Numbered from the stretch's first letter, positions 27,339-37,965 are shown. The stretch is DNA of 54,986 bases from Thermofilaceae archaeon (GCA_038727095.1 JAVYWK010000013.1:1-54986); one strand, 5' to 3'. Translations and numbers: made by a program. The notes: generated by a model from the sequence alone, not told the origin.

Positions 27339-29672
27339 ATGAACGGTTACAAGGGCCTGACCAGCAGCGAGGTTGCTGAAAGGCTTAGAATCTATGGCCC
27401 TAATAGGGTGCCTGAAAAGAGGGAGAGGCTCGTAACTGTTTTCTTAAAGAAGTTCACGGGTTTTACCCCCTTCGCGATTGAGGCTGCCGCTGCGGTATCC
27501 TACGTTATGGGGAGGTACGTCGACTTCATCATAATGCTGTCGCTGCTCCTTGTGAACACTGTTATCGGCGTTATCCACGAGCACAGGGCTGGCAGGGCCA
27601 TCGAGATGCTGAAATCGAAGCTGAAAGTGACGGTGAAAGCCTTCAGGGACGGCCGGTGGATCGATGTGGCCGCTGAGGACATCGTGCCGGACGATATCGT
27701 AAAGCTCTCCATGGGCGACATCGTGCCTGCCGACGGGGTTATCGTGGAAGGCTCAGTGATGGTTGACGAGTCCGCATTGACGGGGGAGTCGATACCGGCT
27801 GAGAGGGGCGTTAACGACGAAGTTTACGCTGGAACCACGGTTGTGAGGGGTGAGGCGATAGTGAAGGTGGTGAAAACGGGGTCGAGGACCCGCTTCGGTA
27901 GAACCGTCGAGCTCGTCCAGGTTGCAAAGCCCCGGCTGCTCATAGAGGAGGTGGCGAACAGCATAACCAAGTGGCTTCTCCTCGTGGACTCCATCTTTAT
28001 CGCACTTGTTGCGGCCAAATTCATCGTGGAGGGGCTCAACCTAGTGGAGCTCCTACCCTTCACCTTGACGTTGCTGCTGGCCTCGATACCCATAGCGCTG
28101 CCGGCCATGACCACCATAACAATGGCGCTAGCCAGCACCGAGCTCGCTAGGAGCGGTATAATCGTTAGGAGGCTTGAGGCGATCGAGGCTGCCGCGATGA
28201 TGGACGTGATATGCTTGGACAAGACGGGCACGATAACAGAGAACAGGCTGGTGGTGAGCAAGGTTGTCCCGCTGAACAGGCAGATCAGCGAGAGGGACGT
28301 CATCAGATTCGCGGTTTTAGCAACCGAGGAGGTGACAAAGGACCCGCTCGAGAACGCCATAAGGCGGAAAGCTGAGGAGATGAACGTTGACACCAGTGCT
28401 GCGAAGGTTCTGGAGTACAAGCCCTTTACGCCTGAGACCAAGGTGAGCGAAGCAGTCGTTGAATTGGGCGGGCGTGTGCTCAGAGTAATCAAGGGTGCAC
28501 CACAGGTTCTCGTAAAGGAGGCCAGCAACCCCGATAAGGAGCGCATCGAGGAGATCGTTGCGAAGCTGGGCAAGGAGGGGCTTAGGCCGCTGGCCATAGC
28601 GGTGGAAGCGCAGCGGGGCAGCATCGAGATCGTGGGGCTGTTGGGGCTCTACGATAAGCCCCGTGAGGACTCGAAGCAGTTCATAAGCGTCATAAAGAGC
28701 CTCGGTGTAACGCCGAAGATGGTTACGGGGGACAACATCCACATCGCCGAGACCGTGGCCAGCGAGGTCGGCATCGAGGGGAAGGCAATTAGCTTGCGGG
28801 AGATTCCCAGGGAGGAGCTGGCTGAAGTTGTCGAGGACACGGGTGTTTTCGCGGAAGTCATGCCAGAGGACAAGTACAGCATCGTGGAGGCCCTGCAGAG
28901 GAGGGGGCACGTGGTTGGCATGACCGGCGATGGGGTGAACGATGCTCCAGCGCTCAAGAGAGCAGACTTGGGGGTGGCCGTTAGCGGGGCCACCGATGTA
29001 GCGAAGTCGGTGGCGTCGGTGGTGTTGGCTGTACCGGGGTTGAGGGGGATCGCCAACGTCATACAGCACGGAAGGATGACCTACAGAAAGATGGTCGTCT
29101 GGGCCATAAACAAGATCGTCAAAACGTTCAGCATAGTGTACTTCGTAGCCATATCGTCGCTGCTCTTCGGGCATCCCGTGCTGACGCCCACCCACATGGT
29201 GCTGATGCTGTTCCTCTACGATCTCGTCACGCTCTCCATCAGCGTCGACGTACTGCAGCCAAGCAGGAGGCCGGAGAGGTGGAACGTGAAGAAGCTCACG
29301 TTGATTTCAACCTTGCTGGGCATCGCGAAACTCGCGGAGCTCTTCGGAGCCCTGTACCTGGCGAGGCTAATCGGTTTACCGTACGAGCAGCTGCAGAGCT
29401 TCATATTCTACGTTCTCCTGATTTCGGGCCTCTTCGGCTTCCTGAATTTCAGGGAGATCGGGGTGTTCTGGAGCTCAAAACCGAGCAAGTACATGCTACT
29501 GACGATAGCGGTTGACGGCCTAGCTGCAACCATCCTAGTATGGAGCGGCGCCATAGTACCAGCTATACCGGCGCAAACGATTGCATTGGCCTTGGTCTAC
29601 GAAGTAGCAGTGATTCTGCTGGCCACCGACGCTGTCAAGATTGCGGTGTACAAAGCCTTCGGCTACGCGTAG
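27339..29672 (+). CDS. P-type ATPase, type IIIA (plasma-membrane H+-efflux)
   Basis: TGES, IPIALP (not PEGL), DKTGT, MVTGD, GDGVNDAP and Asp in TM6 (LFLYD). Confidence 0.88.
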   Translation: MNGYKGLTSSEVAERLRIYGPNRVPEKRERLVTVFLKKFTGFTPFAIEAAAAVSYVMGRYVDFIIMLSLLLVNTVIGVIHEHRAGRAIEMLKSKLKVTVKAFRDGRWIDVAAEDIVPDDIVKLSMGDIVPADGVIVEGSVMVDESALTGESIPAERGVNDEVYAGTTVVRGEAIVKVVKTGSRTRFGRTVELVQVAKPRLLIEEVANSITKWLLLVDSIFIALVAAKFIVEGLNLVELLPFTLTLLLASIPIALPAMTTITMALASTELARSGIIVRRLEAIEAAAMMDVICLDKTGTITENRLVVSKVVPLNRQISERDVIRFAVLATEEVTKDPLENAIRRKAEEMNVDTSAAKVLEYKPFTPETKVSEAVVELGGRVLRVIKGAPQVLVKEASNPDKERIEEIVAKLGKEGLRPLAIAVEAQRGSIEIVGLLGLYDKPREDSKQFISVIKSLGVTPKMVTGDNIHIAETVASEVGIEGKAISLREIPREELAEVVEDTGVFAEVMPEDKYSIVEALQRRGHVVGMTGDGVNDAPALKRADLGVAVSGATDVAKSVASVVLAVPGLRGIANVIQHGRMTYRKMVVWAINKIVKTFSIVYFVAISSLLFGHPVLTPTHMVLMLFLYDLVTLSISVDVLQPSRRPERWNVKKLTLISTLLGIAKLAELFGALYLARLIGLPYEQLQSFIFYVLLISGLFGFLNFREIGVFWSSKPSKYMLLTIAVDGLAATILVWSGAIVPAIPAQTIALALVYEVAVILLATDAVKIAVYKAFGYA

Positions 29673-29864
29673 ACCCTAGGCAAGCGCCCCGCCCCCAAGC
29701 GCCTCAAGCCCGGAAAAGCGGGCCTGCAAGCCCGCCTCCCATGCGTCCCATGCGCAATCCGCCAACCGATCCCCTACACGGTTTAGACGGGCTGTTACGC
29801 AAACCGGGTTTCGCGGTGCTAGCCGCTTGATTGATTGCGGGGGCTGCCTGCGGCGGCAACGACA

Positions 29865-31532
29865 ATGATAAATCTCCTCCCCCCTCCACCCGCGCCGGGG
29901 ATCCTCCTGTCCCAACACTTCGCCTACAGGGCGGCGCAGGAGGTGCTGCGCAGGTTCCCGGGTGAGCCACTCTACGTGGTTGAGTCGGGCGTAACCCCCA
30001 GCGGTAAGATACACTTGGGGAACTTCATCGACATGGTGCTAGCCGACTCGGTCCTAAGAGCTTTGAGGGAGAGCGGCGTTGAGGTCGTAGGCTACCTGGC
30101 TGTGGACAGCATGGACCCCTTCAGGCAGGCCCCCTCCTTCGCCCCGGAGAGCTTCAAGCGCGAAGCCCCCATGTACGTTGGGCAGCCCTTCGAGTCTATA
30201 CCGGACCCGTGGGGCTGCCACGGCAGCTACGCTGAGCACTTCGTGAAGCCCGTCGAGGAGAGCTTCCCCGCTTACGGTGTGCAGCTGGAGGTGGTTTGGG
30301 CTAGCCGGCTCCATAAGAGCGAGAGGTACGTGAAGCCCCTCCTCGAAGTCCTCGCCCAGCGTGAGCGGGTTGTAGAAGTGCTCAACAGGGTGAAAAGGGC
30401 CGCCGGCCACAGGAGGCTGTACCCGGAGGGCTGGATCCCCTACAGGCCGAGGTGCGCCGGCTGCGGGAGGATCGATGAGGTCGTACACCCGCTGAGCGTT
30501 GAGGGCTCAAGGGTCCGCTACAGGTGCTCCGCCTGCGGCTACGAGGGGGTGGCTGACGCCGCGAAGGGTGAGGGGAAGCCGCCGTGGAGGGTGGACTGGC
30601 CTCTACGCTGGTTGGCGCTCAACGTGCACTTCGAGCCCCTGGGCAAGGATCACATGGCCAGCGGCAGCGGCTACGACACGGGGTGCGCCCTCGCCAGGGA
30701 GCTCTTCGGCAGGGAGCCGCCCGTGCCAATCTTCTACGACTTCGTCTACTGGGTCGAGCACGAGGGGGGTGAGAGGAGGTTGGAGAAGTTCAGCAAGAGG
30801 AAGGGGGCGGGGCTTGGGATTGACGAGTGGCTCCGCTACGCTCCACCCGAGGTTTTGCGCTTCCAGATCCTGAAGAGGGAGGTCACTGACATCTACAGAG
30901 AGGCGCTCAGCCACTGGGAGTTCGACCTCCGCCAGGTGCCCAACTACGTCGAGGAGTTCGACAAGTTCGAGGAGACGGTGTTCACGGATGGAAGCGAGCA
31001 TTTGAAGCAGCTCTACAGCCTCTCCCTACCCGGTCCTCTGCCGCAGAGGAAGCCAGTGAGGATCCCCTACTTCCAAGCCGTCCGCGTGGCCGCCTGGATG
31101 GAGGACTTGGAGGACGGGATGAGGATGCTCGAGCGGCAGGGTAAGCTGAGGGGCCTTGAAAGCTGGGAGGTGGAGGACGCCGGGAGGAGGTTGATGAACG
31201 CGAGGAACTGGTTGGAAGCGGTCGGGTACGGCGCCGTGCTCCGCAGCCCCGATGAAGCTGCGAAGCTTCTGGAGGGCATCGACGGGCGGATTCTCAGAGC
31301 GTTCAGGGAGGCCGTGTTGCTGATACTTGGGGGCTCGGACCCCAATGAGGCCGTGAAAAAGGCCTGCGAGGGTCAAGGGATAGCCGGGAGGGAGAGGAGG
31401 CTTCAGGTTTACAGGGTGTTCTACCTGGCTCTGCTCGGCGAGGAATCCGGTCCACCGCTGCGCAGGCTCATCGCAAGGAGGGAAGTTATTGAAGTACTAA
31501 ATAAAATTCGGGAAAAACTCGAGAGCTACTAG
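29865..31532 (+). CDS. lysS: Lysyl-tRNA synthetase, class I
   Basis: SGVTPSGKIHLGN, DSMD, Cys pairs, GK..WRVDWP.RW, EP.GKDH and KFSKRKG. Start codon uncertain. Confidence 0.93.
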   Translation: MINLLPPPPAPGILLSQHFAYRAAQEVLRRFPGEPLYVVESGVTPSGKIHLGNFIDMVLADSVLRALRESGVEVVGYLAVDSMDPFRQAPSFAPESFKREAPMYVGQPFESIPDPWGCHGSYAEHFVKPVEESFPAYGVQLEVVWASRLHKSERYVKPLLEVLAQRERVVEVLNRVKRAAGHRRLYPEGWIPYRPRCAGCGRIDEVVHPLSVEGSRVRYRCSACGYEGVADAAKGEGKPPWRVDWPLRWLALNVHFEPLGKDHMASGSGYDTGCALARELFGREPPVPIFYDFVYWVEHEGGERRLEKFSKRKGAGLGIDEWLRYAPPEVLRFQILKREVTDIYREALSHWEFDLRQVPNYVEEFDKFEETVFTDGSEHLKQLYSLSLPGPLPQRKPVRIPYFQAVRVAAWMEDLEDGMRMLERQGKLRGLESWEVEDAGRRLMNARNWLEAVGYGAVLRSPDEAAKLLEGIDGRILRAFREAVLLILGGSDPNEAVKKACEGQGIAGRERRLQVYRVFYLALLGEESGPPLRRLIARREVIEVLNKIREKLESY

Positions 31533-31535
31533 CTA

Positions 31536-33437
31536 CTAACGGCGCCGCCTCACGACAATGGTAAGAACGACTGCGACTACCGCGGCTATCACAACTGCGG
31601 CTACGATCAGAGCGGGAGGCTGCTGTGGAGTGGGCTGCTGGGGTTGCGCGGGCTGCTCAGGTTGAGTGGGTTGCTCCTCCGTAGGCTGCTGCTCCGTGGG
31701 TTGCTGCACGACCGGCTGTATGTACTGTATCTCCGCGGTCTCCGTTCCCACGTTACCCGCGAAGTCCACGGCTCTCACCGTCAGTCTAACGCTCGTTGCG
31801 TTAAGCGGCGGTAGTGCAGCCTGGTAGGATGCCGAAGCGATCTCCTGCGCTATCAGCGTGCCTCTAACAGTGTCCGTCTCGTAGTCCACGTAGACCCTCC
31901 ATACGCCCCACCCTTCATCCTGGGCCTTGATGTACAAGGTGACACTATCCCTAGCGGCAACGGGTCTAGCTGGCGTGTACAGGGAGAGGCTGACGCTCGG
32001 CGGCGCCTCGTCCTTAAACGAGGATAGCGTGACTCTGAACCATTCGCTTGGGACGTCAACTGTCAGCTTGGCCAGGTAGACGCTGCCGTAGGGGGTAGTC
32101 GCGACCTCCCTCACGAGCGCAGAATCGCCGTACACCGTGTACGCCTCCGCCGGTAAGGAGGAGTTGAGGTACATGTAGACTGTAAGCTGTTTCAAGTCGA
32201 TGCCTAGCGCGGGAGATATGTAACCGACGACATTCGCGGCTTTCAGGTCGGGCGTGGGAATCACCCGGATTAGCGAGCCGTCCAGCACGAAACTGCTCGG
32301 CTCCCTTAAGGGATCCTTACCCGCGATCCCAATGACCCTCACCCGCCCACCCCGCTCCACTTCCACGATCTTGAAACCTCTGTAATCGGCTGACCCGCAA
32401 GTAGCTATGGTCGTCACGAACCACGTCCGCCCGTTGTAGATGACCAACCCGTCGGTGTGAACGTGACCAGCCAATACGGCGGTAACGTTGTACTCCTCTA
32501 TCAGCCTGAGCAGCTCACCGGCTACATCGAGGCGGTTCGCCCAGCTGCTGTAGAGGTAAGCCTTGAGGTTATCGATCTCCCTCCACGAGCCGTCGATCTC
32601 GCGGAAGAGCCCCGCTCTGAAGAGCGGGTGGTGCATCATCAGGATCTTCACCTTATCCTTATGGGCTGAGAGCACGCCCTCAAGCCAGACCAGCTGCGAG
32701 GGATCGACGTACCCCGCGTAGCCCGTATCCAAGGCGGCTAGGAGGAAGTTTCCGAAGACCCTGTACCACGTGGCGGGCCCCACATACCGGCCGTAGTACA
32801 CTTCGTTGAAGCTCTTCTCATCGGTCTGCGAGTGGTCGTGGTTGCCCGGTAAGAGGAACGTGGGCTTCCTCACCCGGTTGATGAGCTCCTGCAGCTTCTT
32901 CAGCGAGTCTACGTGGCTCCCCACGTCGACGCAGTCGCCTGTCACCACAGCGATATCGACGGGGAGCGTGTTGACAAGGTTGAGAGCGGTCTCTAAGTAG
33001 AGTGTGCTGCGGACGCCCCCGATGATGATCTCAACGTGGATGTCAGTGAGGTGGGCGATCGCGAGCCTATCGGGCTCTCGCTCGAAGACCCAGACGCTCC
33101 TCGGCTCGCACACCGTGAGTTCGCTCGTGCTCATGCACAAGTCGTAGAGAGCACTCATGGCGTTTTTAGGCACCTCCAGCAGAACGGTTACCGTGTCCTC
33201 GAACCTCCAGCTCTTCACGGGTAGCAACGACACGTTGAAACCGGGGGCCGCGATCCAGGCCCCCGAAACATCTCTGGCGCCCTGAAGCGTTGCGTTAAAG
33301 CTCTGGCCGGGCACGACGACTACAGGCACGGCGTAGCGCGGGTCGATTATGCGAACCTCTGGTGACGGGAAAGCCAGGGGTAGCAGAGCGGTGAGTGCGA
33401 TGAGGATTAGACCGGTTACCAAGTGCCTAGCTTTCAT
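31536..33437 (-). CDS. Cell-surface calcineurin-like metallophosphoesterase with Q/P linker and C-terminal TM anchor
   Basis: Signal peptide; TDIH, TGD, PGNHD, HHP and GHVH motifs; TM helix followed by RRRR. Confidence 0.88.
   Translation of the reverse strand: MKARHLVTGLILIALTALLPLAFPSPEVRIIDPRYAVPVVVVPGQSFNATLQGARDVSGAWIAAPGFNVSLLPVKSWRFEDTVTVLLEVPKNAMSALYDLCMSTSELTVCEPRSVWVFEREPDRLAIAHLTDIHVEIIIGGVRSTLYLETALNLVNTLPVDIAVVTGDCVDVGSHVDSLKKLQELINRVRKPTFLLPGNHDHSQTDEKSFNEVYYGRYVGPATWYRVFGNFLLAALDTGYAGYVDPSQLVWLEGVLSAHKDKVKILMMHHPLFRAGLFREIDGSWREIDNLKAYLYSSWANRLDVAGELLRLIEEYNVTAVLAGHVHTDGLVIYNGRTWFVTTIATCGSADYRGFKIVEVERGGRVRVIGIAGKDPLREPSSFVLDGSLIRVIPTPDLKAANVVGYISPALGIDLKQLTVYMYLNSSLPAEAYTVYGDSALVREVATTPYGSVYLAKLTVDVPSEWFRVTLSSFKDEAPPSVSLSLYTPARPVAARDSVTLYIKAQDEGWGVWRVYVDYETDTVRGTLIAQEIASASYQAALPPLNATSVRLTVRAVDFAGNVGTETAEIQYIQPVVQQPTEQQPTEEQPTQPEQPAQPQQPTPQQPPALIVAAVVIAAVVAVVLTIVVRRRR
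31618..31720 (-). repeat. Coding low-complexity Q/P/T/E linker repeat (QQPTEQQPTEEQPTQPEQPAQPQQPTPQQP)
   Basis: Imperfect tandem repeats in the translation just before the TM anchor. Confidence 0.8.
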
Positions 33438-33473
33438 CGTGTAAGGCACGTAGAACCCTATATAAGGCTAGCC

Positions 33474-34556
33474 TTAAGCGAACTCCTCCTCTTCCCAGCC
33501 CTCCATCGGGTAGACCAGCGTATCCTCTCTCCTTACGTAGAGCCTGATTCTATCGCCCTCGCCGACCCCCTTTTCAGGGTCAACGTATGCGATCAGCCTG
33601 TCGCCGTCGATGCTCACCCTCAACTGCTTGTGGGAGCCGAGGAACATGGCGATCTCAACGCGCCCCTCAATCTCGTTTGCCCCGGGTAGGGGGTCTAGCG
33701 AGACGTCCTCAGGCCTCAACACGATAACAGCTTCTGAACCCCTGCTCAGCGGAGTTGCTGGCACGCCCCGAAGCTTAACGCCGCCGCTCGTGACAACCTC
33801 GACATAGCCCCCCTCGTCTCGCTCAACCCTCCCTTTCAGCGCGCTGCTCCTGCCGATGAAGGTGGCTACGAAGAGATTCGAAGGTTTAGTGTAGATCTCG
33901 AGCGGAGTCCCGATCTGGAGCACCCTCCCCCTGTTCATCACAGCGATCCTGTCGGAGAGGCTCATCGCCTCCTCCTGGTCGTGGGTCACGTAGATCGTCG
34001 TGATACCCAGCCTCTTCTGCAAACCCTTGAGCTCCTCCCTCATCCTCAACCGCAGCTTAGCATCAAGGTTGCTCAACGGCTCGTCCATCAGCAGGACCTT
34101 AGGCTCTACGACTAGCGCGCGCGCCAGCGCGACTCTCTGCTGCTGCCCTCCGCTCAGTTGGAGCGGATACCGGTTCTCTAGGCCCTCGAGCCCTACGAGC
34201 CCCAATACCTCCCTGACCCTCTTCTTCAGCTCGGCGGCTGGGAGCTTTTTCACCCTCAACCCGTAGGCGACGTTGTCGAAAACGGTCATGTGGGGCCACA
34301 ATGCGTAGTTCTGGAACACCATCGCGCAGCCGCGCTCGTACGGCTTCCTGAACGTTACGTCCTCCCCGTCGAACAGGACGCGGCCCTCATCGGGCATCTC
34401 GAAGCCCGCGATGATCCTCAAAGCGGTTGTCTTACCGCAGCCCGAGGGGCCGAGAAGCGTGAAAAGCTCGCCGCTCTCGACAGAGAGGGTGACGTGATCC
34501 ACCGCCACAACGTCCTCAAACCTCTTAACCACGCCTTTGAGCTCGACTCTAGCCAT
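33474..34556 (-). CDS. ABC importer ATP-binding subunit (FbpC/PotA type, TOBE domain)
   Basis: GPSGCGKTT, FQNYALWPH, LSGGQQQR, MDEPLSNLD and THDQEEA. Confidence 0.93.
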   Translation of the reverse strand: MARVELKGVVKRFEDVVAVDHVTLSVESGELFTLLGPSGCGKTTALRIIAGFEMPDEGRVLFDGEDVTFRKPYERGCAMVFQNYALWPHMTVFDNVAYGLRVKKLPAAELKKRVREVLGLVGLEGLENRYPLQLSGGQQQRVALARALVVEPKVLLMDEPLSNLDAKLRLRMREELKGLQKRLGITTIYVTHDQEEAMSLSDRIAVMNRGRVLQIGTPLEIYTKPSNLFVATFIGRSSALKGRVERDEGGYVEVVTSGGVKLRGVPATPLSRGSEAVIVLRPEDVSLDPLPGANEIEGRVEIAMFLGSHKQLRVSIDGDRLIAYVDPEKGVGEGDRIRLYVRREDTLVYPMEGWEEEEFA

Positions 34557-34658
34557 CCAGCAGAATGCGCCACTCAACCCAATAATAATCTTACGTCCAC
34601 CGAAGAGGATCAGAAAAAGGGGAAACTTATCAGGCCGTTACAGCCTTACGTTCCTAGT

Positions 34659-35159
34659 TTAGGACTTCGTTATGACAGTCCTCGATACTATCGTTATCCT
34701 GAGCACCTTGCCCTGCGCGACGTCCACGAGCAGTTGAGCTGTAGCGTCGGGGCCCTTGAGCAGCACGAGGGCTTGAGTGGCTCTGAGCGTGACGTCACCA
34801 GTGCCGCTCACAACCGCGGTGATGATCGGCCTGATCCAAGTAATGTTGTAGCCCTCCTGCAGCAGCTTTGCGACATCGGGGTCGCCCTTCAGTATGTTCG
34901 TTACGGCGTTAACGTACTCGCTGCTGACCTCGACGAACCTCCACCCGGCGAAGCCCACCCCCCTTGCCCTAGCGCGCGGCGTTACGTTCCAGCAGAAAGG
35001 CTGCCCGTTCTCACCGAGCTGCCAGACCGGGTTGAAGGCCCTGCTTCGCTGCGCAGTGCCTCCGAGTACGGTCGGGATAGCGGCTGTCACCAGCGCCACA
35101 AGGATTACCGCCGCAGCTACGACGGCAACCACGATCAAACTCGTCTTCACCCTTCTCAC
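34659..35159 (-). CDS. Membrane-anchored/secreted hypothetical protein
   Basis: Basic N-terminus plus long hydrophobic helix; TTTAAAA box upstream. Confidence 0.75.
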   Translation of the reverse strand: MRRVKTSLIVVAVVAAAVILVALVTAAIPTVLGGTAQRSRAFNPVWQLGENGQPFCWNVTPRARARGVGFAGWRFVEVSSEYVNAVTNILKGDPDVAKLLQEGYNITWIRPIITAVVSGTGDVTLRATQALVLLKGPDATAQLLVDVAQGKVLRITIVSRTVITKS

Positions 35160-35281
35160 CAGGAGAAGCGGCCGGGGGGTCTTTTAAAGGGGTTATGAAC
35201 CTAAAGTCCATACCCTGCTATTGCGCAACCGCTGAGGATGCCCACCGTCAAGCCTTTTTGCCAGACCTTGCCGACGCTAGA

Positions 35282-36064
35282 GTGGTTAAACTGCTGGCAC
35301 TCGACTTGGACGGCACGCTCCTGGAGCCGGGCGAGAAGATCCTCCCTTCGGTCGTTGAAGCGCTTCTCAAAGTGGCCGACAAAGGGGTTCTCGTCGCGAC
35401 AGCCTCGGGCCGCCCCCTCGAGGATCAGCTCCGCATCCTGGCCGGAAATGGTCTGGGCGTTGAAGCAGGCCTACCCCACTACCTCATCGTGAACGAGCAG
35501 GAGATCTATGAGCTGAGAGGCCGTGCGTACCAGCCCTGGGAGGAGTACAACAGGGTTGTGAGGGAGCGGTGGTTGAGCGTGCTGCCCCGAGCGCTGCAAG
35601 TGGCCGCTGCTGAGGTTGAGTACCTCCGAGGGAGGGGAGTGGCGGTTGAGTTGTGGCCTCCAGACGTCGCCGCCCAGCGGGGCATGGTGGTTCTCAGGTT
35701 CGAGCGTGTTGAGGATGCGAGGCTCTGCGAAGCTAGGCTGCGCCAGCTGCTGGCCGGTGATTCCGAGCTCCAGTGCGACCGCAGCTACAGGCTGATACAG
35801 ATCCTCCACAAGAGCGCGGGCAAGGGGCCAACCCTTCTAACTTTGCTTAAGGCTCTAGGCTTACCCGAGGGGGCCGCCCTCTGCATTGGGGATGCGCCGA
35901 ACGATTTGAGCATGCTCGACGGCAGCTACGGGTTCATGGTCGCTGCGGTGGGAAACGCGGAGGAGGAGGTGAAGGAGGCTGTGAGGAGGGCGGGCGGCTA
36001 CGTGGCATCAAGGCCTAGGGGGGAGGGCGTGCTGGAAGTGCTACGGGCCTACAACCTGGTGTAG
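35282..36064 (+). CDS. Cof-type HAD phosphatase (subfamily IIB)
   Basis: DLDGTLL, ASGR, K and IGDAPNDLSM motifs; GTG 35282 is the likely start. Confidence 0.88.
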   Translation: MVKLLALDLDGTLLEPGEKILPSVVEALLKVADKGVLVATASGRPLEDQLRILAGNGLGVEAGLPHYLIVNEQEIYELRGRAYQPWEEYNRVVRERWLSVLPRALQVAAAEVEYLRGRGVAVELWPPDVAAQRGMVVLRFERVEDARLCEARLRQLLAGDSELQCDRSYRLIQILHKSAGKGPTLLTLLKALGLPEGAALCIGDAPNDLSMLDGSYGFMVAAVGNAEEEVKEAVRRAGGYVASRPRGEGVLEVLRAYNLV

Positions 36065-36122
36065 AAGAAGCCGCAGACACGCTTATTTCGCGGCAATGCT
36101 GCATAAAGTTTATCCTTAGGTT

Positions 36123-36836
36123 TTGGAGATAGCTCGCGTGCAGCGGGGTAGGAGGGGTAGGCTGCTAGCCTCCACCTCGATTCTCACAGCTTTCACGCTG
36201 CTGGCAACCATCCTCTTTACGGTCTACATCCCCGAGACTAGAGGCTACTTCAACTTCGGTGAAGTGGGGGTCTACATCTCCGCGATAATCCTCCCCCCAG
36301 CCTGGGCGGCGTTCGCCGGCGGCGTCGGCTCAGCTCTCGCGGACGTCGTGCTGGGCTACTACGTCTACGCTCCGGCTACGCTCGTGATAAAGGGCCTTGA
36401 AGCCTTCATAGCCTCTCTGCTCGCGCGCAGGCTGAAGCACGTGAAGATGGGGAGGGCGCAGGGGCTGGTGCTGTCGGTTCTCGTACCAGCTCCTCTCGCG
36501 CTCCTCGGCGCAATCTACTACGTGGGACCCGCGGAAATCTACCTTGTTACGAGCGCTGTAGCAGCGGAAGTCACTGCAGCCCTATGGCTGGCTGTGGCTG
36601 CGATCATGGCGGCCTTCCTCCTCCATCTCAACCTCAGGGGTCTCGCGAGGCCCCAGCTGGCAGCCGCGCTGGCTGCGGGCGGCGTCGTGATGGTGCTCGG
36701 CTACTTCACCTACCAGCAGTTCATCCTGGGCTACGCGGCTCTGGCTGAGGTGCCATTCAACATCATGCAGGTCCTAGTCGGCATGAGCGTCGCGCTAGCC
36801 GTGGAGCACCGCCTCAGGGGGTTATCCTTCGAGTAG
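36123..36836 (+). CDS. ECF transporter S component
   Basis: Multi-TM protein with GYFNFGE..VY, GSALAD, APATLVIKG and N.MQ patterns. Confidence 0.8.
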   Translation: MEIARVQRGRRGRLLASTSILTAFTLLATILFTVYIPETRGYFNFGEVGVYISAIILPPAWAAFAGGVGSALADVVLGYYVYAPATLVIKGLEAFIASLLARRLKHVKMGRAQGLVLSVLVPAPLALLGAIYYVGPAEIYLVTSAVAAEVTAALWLAVAAIMAAFLLHLNLRGLARPQLAAALAAGGVVMVLGYFTYQQFILGYAALAEVPFNIMQVLVGMSVALAVEHRLRGLSFE

Positions 36837-36970
36837 CCCAGCAGAGGTTTAGGTGCATGCTCGCCCCACCCCTCGATAGTTTAAGATTCCCAACAGTTTT
36901 TCTGATAGTCTAACCCAGTTCTTCAGCGGATTGGAACAGCTTATATAGGTGCCTTTAAGCTCGCTCATCC

Positions 36971-37924
36971 GTGGAAGTTCCCGTCCGGGTGTCAGTGGGT
37001 GGAGCGAGAAGAAATGCTTCTAAGATAGTGTTTGCCGCTATCGCTGCTACTGCGGCTCTCGCCGTCATCTTCGCGACGACCTTCTACGTAGTTAACCTGG
37101 GTGAAATAGCCGTCGTCGTCGACCCGATCACGGGCGCGATCGGTAGGCCGGTGCTGGGGCCCGCGATAGGCTTCAAAGCGCCCTGGGCCTACATCGTAAA
37201 GGATTACGCGGGGGTTGAAGCTGTTGACATGTTCATCGAGCCGCCGCGCGACTACCCGGCCATCGAGGCGCTCACGAAGGACGGCGTTGTCGCGCTGGTG
37301 GACGTAACGATCAGGTACAGGCTGATCCCCGAGAAATTCGATCTCCTCGTCAGGTACTACCCGAGGCTGAACTACGAGGAGGACTTCCTCGTCGCGACCG
37401 CTAGGCAGGTCACCAGGGAGATCATTGCGAACTTCTCAATGACCGACCTCATCGAGAAGAGGGAGCTCGTCGCCCGCAGCGTTGAGGAGGCGTTGGCCGC
37501 GAGGATCAGGGGGGACGCCATCATCGGCCAGTGCCTGGAGCTACTCGGGGTGAACCTGAGGAACATCAAGCTCCCCGACACTGTTGTGCAAGCGATTAAC
37601 GAGAAGGTTGCAGCCCAGCAGCGGGCCTTGAAGGCCGAGTACGAGAGGCAGGCTGCACTGATACAGGCCAACGCGTCCGCGCAGGCAGCTCTGATACAAG
37701 CCAGAGGTCAGGCTGAGGCGCTCCTAACGCTGGCCCGCGCCCAGGCGGAGTCGATCAGCCTGATCGCCAACCAGACCGGAGTCCCACCGTCGCAGGTTGT
37801 CGCCTACTACTTCTACCTGGAGGCGATCAAGCAGCTCGCCCAGAGCGGTAGAGCCACCATCGTGATCTCCCCCACGGGTGTTACACCACTAATCCCGCTA
37901 CCAACCCAACAGCAGGGAGGGTGA
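36971..37924 (+). CDS. SPFH/prohibitin (band 7) family membrane protein
   Basis: N-terminal TM, TKDG...VDV...YR and an Ala/Gln-rich coiled coil. Confidence 0.88.
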   Translation: MEVPVRVSVGGARRNASKIVFAAIAATAALAVIFATTFYVVNLGEIAVVVDPITGAIGRPVLGPAIGFKAPWAYIVKDYAGVEAVDMFIEPPRDYPAIEALTKDGVVALVDVTIRYRLIPEKFDLLVRYYPRLNYEEDFLVATARQVTREIIANFSMTDLIEKRELVARSVEEALAARIRGDAIIGQCLELLGVNLRNIKLPDTVVQAINEKVAAQQRALKAEYERQAALIQANASAQAALIQARGQAEALLTLARAQAESISLIANQTGVPPSQVVAYYFYLEAIKQLAQSGRATIVISPTGVTPLIPLPTQQQGG

Positions 37925-37965
37925 AGCAAACGAATCAAAATAGAGCATAAAATATAATCTAATGT

